Below, one piece after another: positions 62,717 through 64,000 of a stretch of DNA of 64,000 nucleotides (the first letter of the stretch is position 1; each line of letters starts with the position of its first letter). The position numbers and the translations under genes are program-made. This DNA comes from Podarcis filfolensis (taxonomy: Eukaryota). The notes under the pieces were generated by a model. The model worked only from the letters and a program-made list of their open reading frames with translations, did not search any database and was not told where the DNA came from. Location: the NCBI GenBank assembly GCA_964270895.1, contig OZ185442.1; one strand, given 5' to 3'.

Positions 62717-64000
62717 CTAGCAACACAAGATTAAAGTTACCTACCCAACTTGCTTTCAAAGAGGCCACTTAAGTTTTGCCAAGGTATGTAAAACAGCAAG
62801 CTTCCTAGGTCTCCAGGCACATGGGTATTTAACCCAAGCGAGAGTTGCCCATATAAACACTACAGATGCATGTGCCTCTACAGCTGTAAAGATGATGGAA
62901 GCAGCCACAAAAAGCTCCCTCGCCTCCAAGCTCTGCAGCAACAGCTACTGTCAAAAGAGCAAGCCTTAAATTGGAGAGGGGTGTGTGCTAATACCTCTGC
63001 TAAGTCAAACAGTCACTTGCTGGCCTTGGGAAATTCATTTTCAGTCTCTCTCCACCTCTCCCATAAAAAGGGGACACAGCAGCTTGCCTACTAGGTGTGT
63101 TAAGAGGATGGGCAAGCAATCACTTTGCATGTAATTCAAGGTAGCTAAAATGTTCTTTTAAATGTGTTTGTGAGAAGGGGGGTATTGGTTTTTTGTTTTT
63201 GTTTTTATTATGTATTTTGTGTTTTCAATTTCTATTTTTATGCTGCGAACTGCCCTGTGATCTCTGGCTGAAGGGTGATATACAATTTTTTTTTTTAAAA
63301 AAAATAATCTTAACTACGGAAGTGTGAAATCCAAAGGAGGCTGCTTTAGGCAAAGTTTATTTGGCTTCCATGCAATGTGCCTCTAACAAAGAACAACTGC
63401 AGGTGGGTTCTTAAACCTATAAACAAATTTCTTTGGTATAATAGTTTGAAAATAGAAATAATTTTAAGCTTTGTCATGCAACTGGCACAAAAATAAAAAC
63501 AAGAGCCATGACCCAAGAATCCTCAACAATGGCCAAAATAAGCAATTTGTATTATGGCCAAATACTTCCAAAATATTTTTTCAGAAACTAAAATAACCAC
63601 CTAAATGCTACCTCCCCATAACATTTGTTATAAAATGCATTCATCCTAAATATTCAGAGAGAGTTGGCTAATGCATTCAAATATACCAGAAGGGAAAATA
63701 GCATCTTTAGAGAAAAGCAAAAGATGGCAGTAGCACTTCATATTCAGCTGAGGCATCAGTAGCTCACAGATCAGATTTGGTGGCAGACAAGGAAGAGCAA
63801 TGAATCTGGACAACCCAATTATGCTGGCTGGCTGAGTGCTCATCACTAGAGCAACCAGTCACTATTCTGAGACTCTTTTGCATCTCTCGCTTGCATAAAG
63901 CAAACAGAGAAAACAATGAACTAAGAAATCAGTTCGTCAATGAAGTGAAAAAGTTTTTCAATTCAAATTATTCTCTCTGGTTCCCAGAATATCCATTCTG

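Overview
Vertebrate genomic DNA containing the conserved WWP2(-) / NOB1(+) / NQO1(+) / NFAT5(-) block. A squamate reptile is the likely source, inferred from its CR1 LINE tails, tRNA-derived SINEs and short palindromic MITEs. I rebuilt the exon chains by hand from splice sites and reading-frame continuity; exon numbers follow the human genes as I recall them. WWP2 (HECT E3 ligase) runs from a non-coding exon 1 near 30.1 kb to exon 17, which is cut by the left edge, and carries miR-140 in intron 16. NOB1 (9 exons, 423 aa) is complete and head-to-head with WWP2 on a bidirectional CpG-island promoter. NQO1 (6 exons, 273 aa) is complete. NFAT5 is present from exon 7 to its 3' end and converges on NQO1. 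I see no convincing wholly new biological system. The most unusual object is a 733-bp Tc1/mariner-type MITE in an NFAT5 intron whose interior is almost all GC-rich palindromes, including a 99-bp-period alternating hairpin array and a perfect 58-bp palindrome with no spacer. Also notable: a SOX-motif cluster at the expected internal WWP2-C/miR-140 promoter, Gly-to-Arg changes in both WW3 and WW4, a GC-AG intron in NOB1, a TATA-proximal ARE at NQO1, and a pure (CAG)14 in NFAT5. Most short ORFs in the supplied track are spurious.
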